57,804 nucleotides of DNA, taken from contig DYMG01000003.1 in assembly GCA_020721655.1 (NCBI GenBank), positions 1-57,804 of the forward strand, in the 5' to 3' direction. The notes under the pieces are model-generated. The model was not told the DNA's origin, did not search any database, and was given only the letters and a program-made list of their open reading frames with translations. Both the position numbers and the translations under genes were made by a program. This document shows positions 38,401 through 46,170 of this stretch, piece by piece. How positions within the stretch are numbered: the first letter of the stretch is position 1; every line of letters begins with the position of its first letter. This DNA comes from Paludibacter propionicigenes (GTDB lineage Bacteria > Bacteroidota > Bacteroidia > Bacteroidales > JAFGXI01).

Positions 38401-39049
38401 AATTCAGAATTTCTCGCAAAATTATAATAAGGTAATATGTTATGTATGGGACGTAGATGCAATCACTGGAATGCCAGACAATATTTTAGGACAAAAAATT
38501 ACTTACATTAGCGATTATACTCAGTTGCAATACAATTCTGTTGTTTTTGATACTCCTGTAGAGGTGTTCGAGGAATTTTATGTTGGATATTCGGTAGCAT
38601 ACCCAAGTGAAACAAGTGGAGAACCTCAAGATACTTTTGCAACATATTACAGATATAGACCAAATGGACCAAATACAACAGTATGTGCAAAAACACTTCA
38701 TAATTGGAAGACTCCAACCGAAATGTTGGGCGATACTTTGCAAATGTCTTTAGATATAAGATTAAAAGCATGTATTATTAAAGTAAAAGAAATAGATTAT
38801 TCAAACGAAGTGTCTGTTTATCCTAATCCAACAAGTGGAAGAGTAACAATAGAATTGGGAGATATTCCTATTATTAATCCAAGAATTATTGTTTACGATT
38901 TAACAGGACGTGCTATTGATGCTTATTCAAATCATATTTATGGAAATACTTATGAATTGAACATAAATAGCGAAACAACCGGATTATACTTTATTAAAAT
39001 AGATTTTGGCGATGCACAAGTAACGAAGAAAATATCGTTGATAAAGTAA
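35423..39049 (+). CDS. T9SS-sorted S1-family (lysyl-endopeptidase-like) serine protease with five PKD domains
   Basis: 1208 aa with a signal peptide. The catalytic triad context is TADHCGHD (His), GSDFFLVE (Asp) and TEGGSSGSPIF (Ser). Five PKD-like repeats carry WAWDFGG, WNWTFNGATPATS, WNWSFESADTPTS and WYWEFEGGTPSTF. An unassigned domain of about 200 aa follows, then a type-A CTD (VSVYPNPTSGRVTIEL...KKISLIK). Confidence 0.8.
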   Translation: MRKFLFLLLFAFTFFNAHSQLSEGGIPVSFGKNIAQQNINELYVQPLDLTQVYTEDQKRQKQGELELIGRPISVNANPTNNGTWIGLEDGSKIWQLKITSPGAEGLIISYSKLEIPYGAKMFLYSPDKKFVIGAFTYKNNKDGNTSTSITPGDEVIIEYYQPKGVYANPVIDINSVGYIYKNSGFNKNTKDFGDSESCEVNVNCSPEGDNWQTQKRGVVRILLLSGGGWGWCSGSLINTTNNNCTPYILTADHCGHDASASELPQWIFYFNYESPNCTNPASEGTLDNQSLTGCSLIANGGNTGDEGSDFFLVETADAVPSTYDPYWNGWDRSNTGSPSGVGIHHPAGDIKKISTYSSTLITSGWNGSSYNSHWKVTWVATANDHGVTEGGSSGSPIFNADGRIVGDLTGGGSYCTAQDQPDYYGKMWFSWDQNAASTSTSGNPQLKPFLDPLGTAPMFIDGRNACTTITSDFSADKTIAYKNEVIVFTENVTIAADPITTWAWDFGGVQATPATNNTAGPVNVSYNTVGPYTCSLNVSDGTLTDDEVKTNYITIVDSLTAEINTATWNVVTGASIDFTDASFGGKGTINSWNWTFNGATPATSTTQNPTGIVWSTSGTYDVELCVGTDFPENDCVTYQIIVSNPTDLQFDFTGTPTTVMVGQGVDFTSTVIANGPINTWNWSFESADTPTSTSATPTGITWSVAGDYTVSLEATGPTNTSTVTKVDYIHVIDSSSVPEADFQANQTTIAPGDIIDYTNLSTNPSIIDSSLWILENADAPNNNITVMLAGNLLGVAYNTLPGYYDATLIIYSSFGTDTMYKDDYIYVIDPNNLSEVHANFKATTTRLIQQGWTVDFTDLSTGPVTDWYWEFEGGTPSTFTGQYPPSITYNSTAGPFDVKLTVSNPSFSDSELKTEYIVVITTWPWPDEEGFCEDDLSNALPNEFAQSARHLINNAGEWGYFPGHNYLKVKYYAEKFTNYTFDKIREIHMAPSRIQNFSQNYNKVICYVWDVDAITGMPDNILGQKITYISDYTQLQYNSVVFDTPVEVFEEFYVGYSVAYPSETSGEPQDTFATYYRYRPNGPNTTVCAKTLHNWKTPTEMLGDTLQMSLDIRLKACIIKVKEIDYSNEVSVYPNPTSGRVTIELGDIPIINPRIIVYDLTGRAIDAYSNHIYGNTYELNINSETTGLYFIKIDFGDAQVTKKISLIK

Positions 39050-39054
39050 AAGAT

Positions 39055-39087
39055 TGAAAAAAAGCTACCAATTGGTAGCTTTTTTTA
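39055..39087. terminator. bidirectional intrinsic terminator between the protease and helicase genes
   Basis: AAAAAAAGCTACCA-AT-TGGTAGCTTTTTTT, a palindromic hairpin flanked by an A-run and a T-run. It overlaps the helicase stop codon. Confidence 0.7.
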
Positions 39088-40410
39088 TTTATTGCCTCTT
39101 TTTTTAATAGGTTTACTATATTTTTCTTTAAGTTTTCTGTGGTATGAACCACCTAAATTAACTTTCTTGTTTTTCTCCTTTTTTTCGTGAAAAGCCCCTT
39201 TAGAATTTTTTATTGTCGGATTTTTAACATATTGTTTGTTTATAATAGATGGTTTTTCCTCATCGGTAAATATTGGGGAAATTTCAACTTCTTTAGGTAA
39301 ATCAAATATTGAAATTTTCTTTTTCATTAAATTTTCAATTTCATATATGTATTTTTCTTCAGCTTCATTAACAAAAGTGATTGATTTTCCTGCTTTGTCT
39401 TTTCTGCCTGTTCTACCTATTCTGTGAATGTAATCTACCGGAATTTTGGGGGTGTCAAAATTTATTACGTGAGTTACATTCGAAATGTCTAAACCTCGTG
39501 CTAAAATATCTGTTGCAATTAAAACTCTAAATGTTTCTTCTTCAAATTTGGCAAGGGTATTTATTCTATAGTTTTGCGATTTGTTTGAGTGTAAAACGCC
39601 AATTGTATCAGGAAATACATTTGATATTATTTCATGTAACCTGTCGGCAAGTTTTTTACTTTCAACAAAAACTAAAACTTTGCTTAATTCTTCATTGGTT
39701 TTTAGTAAGTGTTCGAGTAAGTTTGCTTTAGTGAAAAAATTTGGTGCATTATAGGCTATTTGTTCAATTTGTTCTAAAGGTGTTCCGTGTGGTGCAATTT
39801 CAATTTTTTTAGGGTTATTAAAAAAATCTTCAATCAGTGTTTCAACATCTTTGGTTAAAGTTGCCGAAAACATTAGATTTTGTCGTTTTTCGGGAATAAT
39901 TTCTAAAATACTCATTAATTGAGGTCTAAAACCTAAGTTAAGCATTTCATCAACCTCATCAATTACAAATTTTTTTACTGACTTTAAGCGTAAAATACCT
40001 GTTAAATTTAAATCTAAAAGTCTGCCTGGTGTTGCAACTAATATATCTAAACCATTGTAAACCAATTGTTTTTGGGTGTTTATGTTTGTTCCTCCGTAAA
40101 CTCCCTCAACTCTAACGTTAATATATTTAGACAGCTTTTTTATTTCAGCAACAACCTGAATAACAAGTTCTCTTGTTGGTACAATTATTAAAACAGTAGG
40201 TTGTCTTTTATCGGAATATTTGTGTTGTTTTAATATTGGCAGCAAGTAAGCAAAAGTTTTACCTGTACCTGTTTGTGCTATACCAATTAAATCGTTTCCT
40301 GCCATTATAACCGGAAAAGCTTCTTTTTGGATAGGTGTTGGGTAAATATATTCTAAATCGCTTAAAGCATTTAATATTGGTGTGTTTAAGTTTAGTTCGT
40401 CGAAAGTCAC
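39085..40410 (-). CDS. DEAD-box ATP-dependent RNA helicase (RhlE-like)
   Basis: 441 aa with a Q motif (YPTPIQKEA), motif I (AQTGTGKT), motif II as DEVD (VIDEVDEM), SAT, and motif VI (HRIGRTGR), plus a basic C-terminal tail. Starts with GTG. Confidence 0.93.
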   Translation of the reverse strand: MTFDELNLNTPILNALSDLEYIYPTPIQKEAFPVIMAGNDLIGIAQTGTGKTFAYLLPILKQHKYSDKRQPTVLIIVPTRELVIQVVAEIKKLSKYINVRVEGVYGGTNINTQKQLVYNGLDILVATPGRLLDLNLTGILRLKSVKKFVIDEVDEMLNLGFRPQLMSILEIIPEKRQNLMFSATLTKDVETLIEDFFNNPKKIEIAPHGTPLEQIEQIAYNAPNFFTKANLLEHLLKTNEELSKVLVFVESKKLADRLHEIISNVFPDTIGVLHSNKSQNYRINTLAKFEEETFRVLIATDILARGLDISNVTHVINFDTPKIPVDYIHRIGRTGRKDKAGKSITFVNEAEEKYIYEIENLMKKKISIFDLPKEVEISPIFTDEEKPSIINKQYVKNPTIKNSKGAFHEKKEKNKKVNLGGSYHRKLKEKYSKPIKKRGNK

Positions 40411-40426
40411 AATAAATTATTTTTTG

Positions 40427-40434
40427 CAAAGGTA
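40427..40434 (-). promoter_or_regulatory. -7 promoter box (TACCTTTG on the minus strand) for the helicase gene
   Basis: Plus-strand CAAAGGTA, 16 nt upstream of the GTG start at 40410. Confidence 0.4.
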
Positions 40435-40475
40435 ATTTTAATAAGTTTAATATCAATAAATACTTTCCTAATTTA

Positions 40476-40483
40476 TACTTTTG
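40476..40483 (+). promoter_or_regulatory. -7 promoter box TACTTTTG abutting the mntP start codon
   Basis: Perfect TAnnTTTG match ending only 5 nt before the ATG at 40489. Confidence 0.4.
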
Positions 40484-40488
40484 TAATA

Positions 40489-41055
40489 ATGGATTTTATA
40501 ACAGTTTTTTTAATTGCAATAGGCTTATCAATAGACAGCTTTGCGGTAAGTGTTGTATTAGGAGCTATATCTGAAAAAATATTGCTTAAAAATATTGTTA
40601 TTGTAGCGTTTGTTTTTAGCTTTTTTCAAGCAATATTCCCTTTAGTAGGTTGGCTTATTGGGTCGGGATTTAGTTTATATATAAAAGAAGTAGATCATTG
40701 GATTGCATTTGTGTTGCTTGTTATTGTTGGAATAAAAATGATTTATGAGGGTTTTTCTCAAAAAGATAAAAATGATAAACAGTTTTCAGAAATAAGCTAT
40801 TTTCTTATTGCAACTTTAGGTATTTCAACAAGTATTGATGCTTTTGTTGTTGGTATAGGTTTTGGAATTTTTGAACTTAAAATAATATGTCCGGTTGTAT
40901 TAATTGGGGCAATAACATTTATATTCTCTTTATTGGGTGGGTTTTTAGGAAAAAAAATAAGTTGTAAAATAGGAACAAAATTTGAGATTTTTGGAGGTTT
41001 TATATTAATATTAATTGGGACAAAAATTTTAGTAGAGCATCTGTTTTTTACCTAA
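40489..41055 (+). CDS. mntP: manganese efflux pump MntP
   Basis: 188 aa and polytopic, with duplicated IGLSIDSFAVS and GISTSIDAFVVG motifs characteristic of MntP (DUF204). Confidence 0.9.
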   Translation: MDFITVFLIAIGLSIDSFAVSVVLGAISEKILLKNIVIVAFVFSFFQAIFPLVGWLIGSGFSLYIKEVDHWIAFVLLVIVGIKMIYEGFSQKDKNDKQFSEISYFLIATLGISTSIDAFVVGIGFGIFELKIICPVVLIGAITFIFSLLGGFLGKKISCKIGTKFEIFGGFILILIGTKILVEHLFFT

Positions 41056-42296
41056 ATTTCTAATTTATATAAACGCGTAAGTTCTAAGTTGTTATTTTTT
41101 CTATACAAAAAAAATATTATACCGTTTCTTATAATTATTTTTTCAATCCAATTAAAATTGGGTATTTTTACAGTTCTTATTACACTGCCGTTTTTTTTAC
41201 TAATTTCTTTTATTGTTGTATTTCCATTGTTTATAAAAAGTGAATATATTTTTGAAGTTACTTCATCAACAAAAATTTGCTCTTTCCATTTATTATTTTT
41301 GTGAAAATCTATAGCAATTTTACTTAACAAAATGTTCTTGTCATTATAAAATTCAATTTGATTATCTATAAAATTTAAAATGCTAATGGTATCGTTAATT
41401 TTAACTAATGGCGAATATATTGGGTCGAAAAAGCACATTTCTTCAAATCGTGCATCGGCATCGCTTTTAATATTAACAATTGAGTGTCCATTTTCATTAT
41501 CGTAAACCATTCTAGCACCAATCCAATCGGTAATTACACGCATTTCAGTATTTGTAGAATCTGCTAAGTTTAAATTGTAATACGATAATATTTGATTTCG
41601 ATAAGAGTATTGTTTTATGTATAATTTATTATTTAAACTTTGAATACAAGGTGAAATATTTTCGATAAATTTCTCGGTATTTTCTTCATATAAAAATTCT
41701 AATTTGTTTTTATTGAAATATAGTTGGTACGCAAATTTTTCGGTTAATAAATGGGTGTTTCCAAAGCAATCTTTATAGAATTTACCATCAAAATTTATGT
41801 TAGATTTAAATAATGTATCGCCATTTTCATTCATTAAAATAATCCACGGGTTTTGTTTTTTTGTCCAATCGTAAGCTATTAAAATTATGCTATCTCCATA
41901 AAAATCAAAATCTGATAAATCGAGCAGTTTGTTTTTTGTTAACTCCTCAATTTTTTTATTTGCAAAAATATTTATTTCGGTTATTTTATTAATTTTTTGA
42001 GTTAATCCTATTTCTAATTTAGATTTTTCTTGTTTATTAATTGTTATTAAAGTATCGTTAAATGCTATGTGAGTTATTTCAAGTTTTGATGGATAAGTAT
42101 CTAATTGTAAATAAAATACACCTCTGCTATCTGTTATGGTTCCTTTTGATGTGCCTAATATTTTAATGTTTACATTTTTTATTGGACGTTTATTTTCCAA
42201 ATCGAAAAGTATTCCAGTAATAATTTCATTGCTTTGCGAGAATGTTTTAGAAAATGCTAAAATTAATAATGTTATTAAAAGCAGTTTATTTCTCAT
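41052..42296 (-). CDS. secreted protein with an N-terminal CarboxypepD_reg-like domain and an unknown C-terminal region
   Basis: 414 aa with a signal peptide (LLLITLLILAFSKTFSQ). ITGILFDLENKRPIKNVNIKILGTSKGTITDSRGVFYLQL is a typical CarboxypepD_reg segment. The remaining ~320 aa are unassigned. It overlaps the upstream anti-sigma-like gene by 11 nt. Confidence 0.6.
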   Translation of the reverse strand: MRNKLLLITLLILAFSKTFSQSNEIITGILFDLENKRPIKNVNIKILGTSKGTITDSRGVFYLQLDTYPSKLEITHIAFNDTLITINKQEKSKLEIGLTQKINKITEINIFANKKIEELTKNKLLDLSDFDFYGDSIILIAYDWTKKQNPWIILMNENGDTLFKSNINFDGKFYKDCFGNTHLLTEKFAYQLYFNKNKLEFLYEENTEKFIENISPCIQSLNNKLYIKQYSYRNQILSYYNLNLADSTNTEMRVITDWIGARMVYDNENGHSIVNIKSDADARFEEMCFFDPIYSPLVKINDTISILNFIDNQIEFYNDKNILLSKIAIDFHKNNKWKEQIFVDEVTSKIYSLFINNGNTTIKEISKKNGSVIRTVKIPNFNWIEKIIIRNGIIFFLYRKNNNLELTRLYKLEI

Positions 42297-43539
42297 TTTT
42301 TATTTCTTCTAATTTTAAAATTGCTTTTTGGCTATAAAATCCGGCTTCGTTTTGTATTTCTATTAATAGTTTAATGCCTTCATCTTTATTAGTGTTTATA
42401 AGAGATAGTGCTTTTTTCCAGTTTGCTTCTTGATTAAAAATATTTATTGTATCGTTTAAAACAAGATTAAAGTTTGATATTGCTTTTTCAAATTTTTTGA
42501 GTTCAAAATAGCAAATTCCTTTGTAAAATTTCGCATTTATATCTTCTGGATATTGTATTAATATTGTATTAAATATATCAATAGCTTCGGTATATTTTTG
42601 TTTTTTAAGTTTATATAAACCTTTTTCTAAAAAATTGTTATAGTGTATTGTTTTTTCCGATTTTATTGTTACATCTTCTTCTTTATCAGACATTTCTTTT
42701 GCTGAAAATTTGGCACTTGTACTGTTTGGAATTTCCGATTTTTTGTTGTCTAAATTGTCTAAATTTAACCTTTTTCCATCATAGTTTGCAATTTTTAAAT
42801 CGGCAAGATATGTAATCGGAAAATTATCGGTTATTAAATTAAAATTTTGTCCGCTTTTTTCTTCAAGTTTTTCGGCTTCGCCATAAATTGTACTTGCATT
42901 TTTGTTTGTAATGGTATTTAAATTTGGGCTTTCATCGGAAAGTTGTTCTTCTGCAACTACATATTTTTCTTTTTTTGAATTTAATATAATTTCATCTAAA
43001 ACATCTTTTTTAGTTAGCAATTTTGTTTCAGCTACTTCATATAAAGTATTTAACGATTTTGTATTAGGTTTTTTAATGTTTTTGGTTTGTTTTGATATTT
43101 CTAAATTTTGTTTTTTTGGGTTTAAATTATCAGTAGTACTATTTTCTACAATAGAATTTACAATTGTTTTTGTTGGAAAAACACTTTCATTATTAGCTTT
43201 TTTTTGTAAAATGTTTTCAGAAATAGTATCATGGTTTTTATTAATAGGAATTAAAAAAATTATGATTACAAATGCTAAAATAGCGGCTATTGCAATAAAA
43301 TAACTAATATTATTGGGTTTACGAAATAGTTTTTTCTTAGCTTTTAATTTTAAATTGGTTATATCTAATTTTTCAGCAAATGAAAACCCATCAATAGCAT
43401 CGCTAAACAATTCATTTTGAAGAGATTTAGCCTCAATATCGTGCTGCTCTTTGGGGCTAACTTTTCCTGAAAAATATTTTTCAATATCTTTTTGGGTTAA
43501 GTCGCCTTTTTTACCAAATATTTTTTCAGATAAGTTCAT
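42286..43539 (-). CDS. anti-sigma-factor-like single-pass membrane protein with C-terminal TPR repeats
   Basis: 417 aa. A short cytoplasmic N-terminus and one TM (ISYFIAIAAILAFVIIIFLIP) are followed by a low-complexity linker. The C-terminus carries TPR repeats (YTEAIDIFNTILIQYPEDINAKFYKGICYFELKKFEKAISNF). It overlaps the sigma gene by 14 nt. Confidence 0.6.
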   Translation of the reverse strand: MNLSEKIFGKKGDLTQKDIEKYFSGKVSPKEQHDIEAKSLQNELFSDAIDGFSFAEKLDITNLKLKAKKKLFRKPNNISYFIAIAAILAFVIIIFLIPINKNHDTISENILQKKANNESVFPTKTIVNSIVENSTTDNLNPKKQNLEISKQTKNIKKPNTKSLNTLYEVAETKLLTKKDVLDEIILNSKKEKYVVAEEQLSDESPNLNTITNKNASTIYGEAEKLEEKSGQNFNLITDNFPITYLADLKIANYDGKRLNLDNLDNKKSEIPNSTSAKFSAKEMSDKEEDVTIKSEKTIHYNNFLEKGLYKLKKQKYTEAIDIFNTILIQYPEDINAKFYKGICYFELKKFEKAISNFNLVLNDTINIFNQEANWKKALSLINTNKDEGIKLLIEIQNEAGFYSQKAILKLEEIKNEK

Positions 43540-44086
43540 CTTTCACTTTATTAAGTATTATGGATAAATTACGTTTTCCATTTTGTATGCTACTTTTTAT
43601 TTTTTTTTCTTCGAACCCTGTTTTTTCAGCAATTTCTTTGTACGATAGATTATCAAAATAAAATAATTCTACACAAATTTTTTGTTCGTATTTAAGTTTA
43701 TTTAAAGCCTCTTTTATTTTAGCGTCAGAAATTGAATTGTAATCTTCTGTTTCAGGTGTTTCGTGGTTTAAGTTTTCAGTATATTCAATTTTTTCGAGGC
43801 TTTTGTTTAATCTAAAACATTCGTTTCTGGTAACAACGTAAAGCCACGATTTAAAATTTGCTATATCTGTTTTTTTTGCCGCTTCCATTATTGTTTCAAA
43901 TATCTGAATTACAACATCTTCGCATATATTTTTTGTTTTACTGTATTTTACGCAAACTCCAAAAATTAAATGAGCATAACGATTAAACAATTCTGCAATT
44001 GCTTTTTCTTTTCCGGAATTTTTATACATTTCCAAAAGAGAACTATCCGAATATTCTGAATATTTTTGTTTGCTAAATAAAAACAA
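43526..44086 (-). CDS. ECF-type RNA polymerase sigma factor
   Basis: 186 aa with region 2 (FNRYAHLIFGVCVKY, SWLYVVTRNECFRL) and region 4 (LSYKEIAEKTGFEEKKIKSSIQNGKRNL). The track start is TTG. The only in-frame ATG is at 44029, so the exact start is uncertain. Confidence 0.85.
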   Translation of the reverse strand: MFLFSKQKYSEYSDSSLLEMYKNSGKEKAIAELFNRYAHLIFGVCVKYSKTKNICEDVVIQIFETIMEAAKKTDIANFKSWLYVVTRNECFRLNKSLEKIEYTENLNHETPETEDYNSISDAKIKEALNKLKYEQKICVELFYFDNLSYKEIAEKTGFEEKKIKSSIQNGKRNLSIILNKVKDELI

Positions 44087-44113
44087 TTTGTAAACTTTAT
44101 TTTTTTAAGTTTA

Positions 44114-44144
44114 TAAAATTATGAGTTTTAAAATTTAGTTCAAA
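44114..44144 (-). promoter_or_regulatory. candidate promoter (TTTG-N19-TAATTTTA, one mismatch) for the sigma operon
   Basis: Minus-strand TAATTTTA at 44121-44114 and TTTG at 44144-44141. It lies between the upstream terminator hairpin and the sigma start. Confidence 0.35.
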
Positions 44145-44149
44145 TTAAA

Positions 44150-44181
44150 ATATGTAGCAAAATCTAAATTTTGCTACATAT
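44150..44181 (-). terminator. intrinsic terminator hairpin after the vWA gene
   Basis: Perfect 14-bp stem ATATGTAGCAAAAT (44150-44163) with ATTTTGCTACATAT (44168-44181), CTAA loop and T-rich flanks. It separates the vWA transcript from the sigma operon. Confidence 0.65.
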
Positions 44182-44190
44182 TTTATAATG

Positions 44191-46122
44191 TTAATGTTCT
44201 AATTGGTCAACAAATTGCCTATTATCAATACTTTCAGCAAGTTTTACAAGTTTTAAAAATTCGCTTCTATATCCTTCAATATCTTGTCCTTTAGAATTTA
44301 ATGCAAGATTGTAAATGCTTTTGTAAGAGCTATTACCTTTGTACTCCGAATTTCTTAGAAGCATTCCGAATTGAGCAACAGCCGAAGCAAAATTAAAATT
44401 ATTTGATTGTTTAGAGGTATTTTCTTGTTTTGCTAAAACAATATCGGAAATAAGTTTACTGGTTGAGTCTTGTGGTAATTTATATCTAATTTTTACCGAA
44501 AATAATTCATTTTTGTTTGTTGTTTTTGTTGTTTCTTTTTGTTGATATTTAAGAGTATTTACAGTCCCAATATCGAAATCGGATTTAATTCCGGTAGGAA
44601 TTATTTCGTATAAAGCTGTAACAGTTTTTCCGGCTCCAAGTTCTCCTGCATCTTTTTGGTCGTTGTTAAAATCTTCGTTGTTTAATAATCTGTTTTCGTA
44701 ACCAATTAATCTGTAGGCTTGTACGTTTTCAGGGTTAAATTCAATTTGAAGTTTCACATCTTTAGCAATAGTTAATAAAGTTCCACCTATTTCGTTAACC
44801 AATACTTTTTGAGCTTCTAATAAATTATCGATATAAGCGTAATTTCCATTTCCATTATCGGCAATTTTTTCCATTTTTGAATCTTTGTAATTACCCATTC
44901 CAAATCCTAAAACAGTAATGTAAACGCCTGATTTTCTGTTTAATTCAATTAAATGTTGCATGTCTGAATCGCTCGAAACGCCCACATTAAAATCGCCGTC
45001 TGTTGCCAAAATTATTCTATTATTTCCATCTTTAATAAAGTTTTCTTTAGCAATTTTATAAGCAAGTTTTATTCCTTCTCCTCCGGCAGTAGAGCCTCCA
45101 GCTTGCAGTTTGTCTAAAGCATCAATAATTTGTTCTTTGTTGTTACAAGTTGTAGAATTTAAAACTAAGCCAGCCGAACCAGCATAAACTACTATCGAAA
45201 TTTTATCTTTTTCGGTTAACTGATTTACCAATAAACGCAACGAACTTTTTAAAAGTGGTAATTTGTTTGCCGACGACATAGAGCCAGATACATCAATTAA
45301 AAATACTAAATTACTGTTAGGTGCATTTTTCATATCAATAATTTTCCCTTGAATACCAATTAATGCCAATTTGTGTTTTGAATTCCATGGGCAATTGCCT
45401 AATTCAGTATAAATTGAAAATGGTTTTTCACTTGGAGCATAATAATCATATTTAAAATAATTTATCATTTCTTCAACTCTTATAGCGTCTTTGGGAGGAA
45501 TAGTTCCCGAATTTAAATATCTACGAACATTTGTATAAGAAGCAACATCTACATCAATAGAAAATGTCGAAAGTGCCGAATTTAAAGGCGATTTGAAGCC
45601 ATTTTCGTTTATATAATCATAACTTTCTGTGTTATGTTCCTCGTCGTTAATATAATTTGTAGATACAGAATTTATGCAATCAATTTTAGAAACACTTGGG
45701 GAAATTGAAGATGAGCCTCTATCTTTTTTTAATTCTGTTTTTGAAATTGGCAAATGTTCTTCATTTAAAACTGCTATTTCTTGCAACATAACTGTTTTTT
45801 GGGTTAACGAAAAATTTGTAACAGTAGTTTTATTTGCTACAATTTCTACATTGTTTTTAATTTCATTATTATATCCTAAGTAGTTAACGCTTATAACATA
45901 TTTTCCTGGCAATAAGCCTGTTATGGCATAATCTCCGGTTAAATTGGTATTTGCAACACTAACAATACTACCATTTTGCGATGCCGAAATATTGGCATAA
46001 GAAATAGCTAAATTCGATTTCTTGTCTGTTACTTTTCCTTTTAATGTTCCTGTTTGAGATAGCATTAAAAAAGGCATTAATAATAAAATTATTAATACTG
46101 TAAATTTAGAATTTGTTTTCAT
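44191..46122 (-). CDS. von Willebrand factor type A domain protein (YfbK-like) with an N-terminal CarboxypepD_reg domain
   Basis: 643 aa with a signal peptide and a CarboxypepD_reg segment (GTLKGKVTDKKSNLAISYANI...GKYVISVNYLGY). The vWA MIDAS motif is present (LVFLIDVSGSMS, ILATDGDFNVG), with a YfbK-type C-terminal region. Confidence 0.85.
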   Translation of the reverse strand: MKTNSKFTVLIILLLMPFLMLSQTGTLKGKVTDKKSNLAISYANISASQNGSIVSVANTNLTGDYAITGLLPGKYVISVNYLGYNNEIKNNVEIVANKTTVTNFSLTQKTVMLQEIAVLNEEHLPISKTELKKDRGSSSISPSVSKIDCINSVSTNYINDEEHNTESYDYINENGFKSPLNSALSTFSIDVDVASYTNVRRYLNSGTIPPKDAIRVEEMINYFKYDYYAPSEKPFSIYTELGNCPWNSKHKLALIGIQGKIIDMKNAPNSNLVFLIDVSGSMSSANKLPLLKSSLRLLVNQLTEKDKISIVVYAGSAGLVLNSTTCNNKEQIIDALDKLQAGGSTAGGEGIKLAYKIAKENFIKDGNNRIILATDGDFNVGVSSDSDMQHLIELNRKSGVYITVLGFGMGNYKDSKMEKIADNGNGNYAYIDNLLEAQKVLVNEIGGTLLTIAKDVKLQIEFNPENVQAYRLIGYENRLLNNEDFNNDQKDAGELGAGKTVTALYEIIPTGIKSDFDIGTVNTLKYQQKETTKTTNKNELFSVKIRYKLPQDSTSKLISDIVLAKQENTSKQSNNFNFASAVAQFGMLLRNSEYKGNSSYKSIYNLALNSKGQDIEGYRSEFLKLVKLAESIDNRQFVDQLEH

Positions 46123-46170
46123 TTTATTAAGTTTAAAAGATTTATAAAATTGTATTATTTAAGTAAAAGT

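Noticed and set aside
28816-39049. Visibly higher G+C in the two large T9SS cargo genes as a sign of horizontal transfer
   Set aside because: The enrichment tracks amino-acid composition (G/T/W/D/A-rich propeller and PKD repeats). Promoter boxes, terminators and codon style match the rest of the window, and no mobility genes flank these genes.
39940-39960. DEVD instead of DEAD in helicase motif II
   Set aside because: All other helicase motifs are intact (Q, I, SAT, VI). DEVD is a tolerated variant of motif II and is not evidence of inactivation.
42902-43303. 133-aa ORF antisense to the anti-sigma-like gene
   Set aside because: It lies inside a minus-strand gene that is translationally coupled to its neighbours, and the product is F/S/L-rich with no motif.
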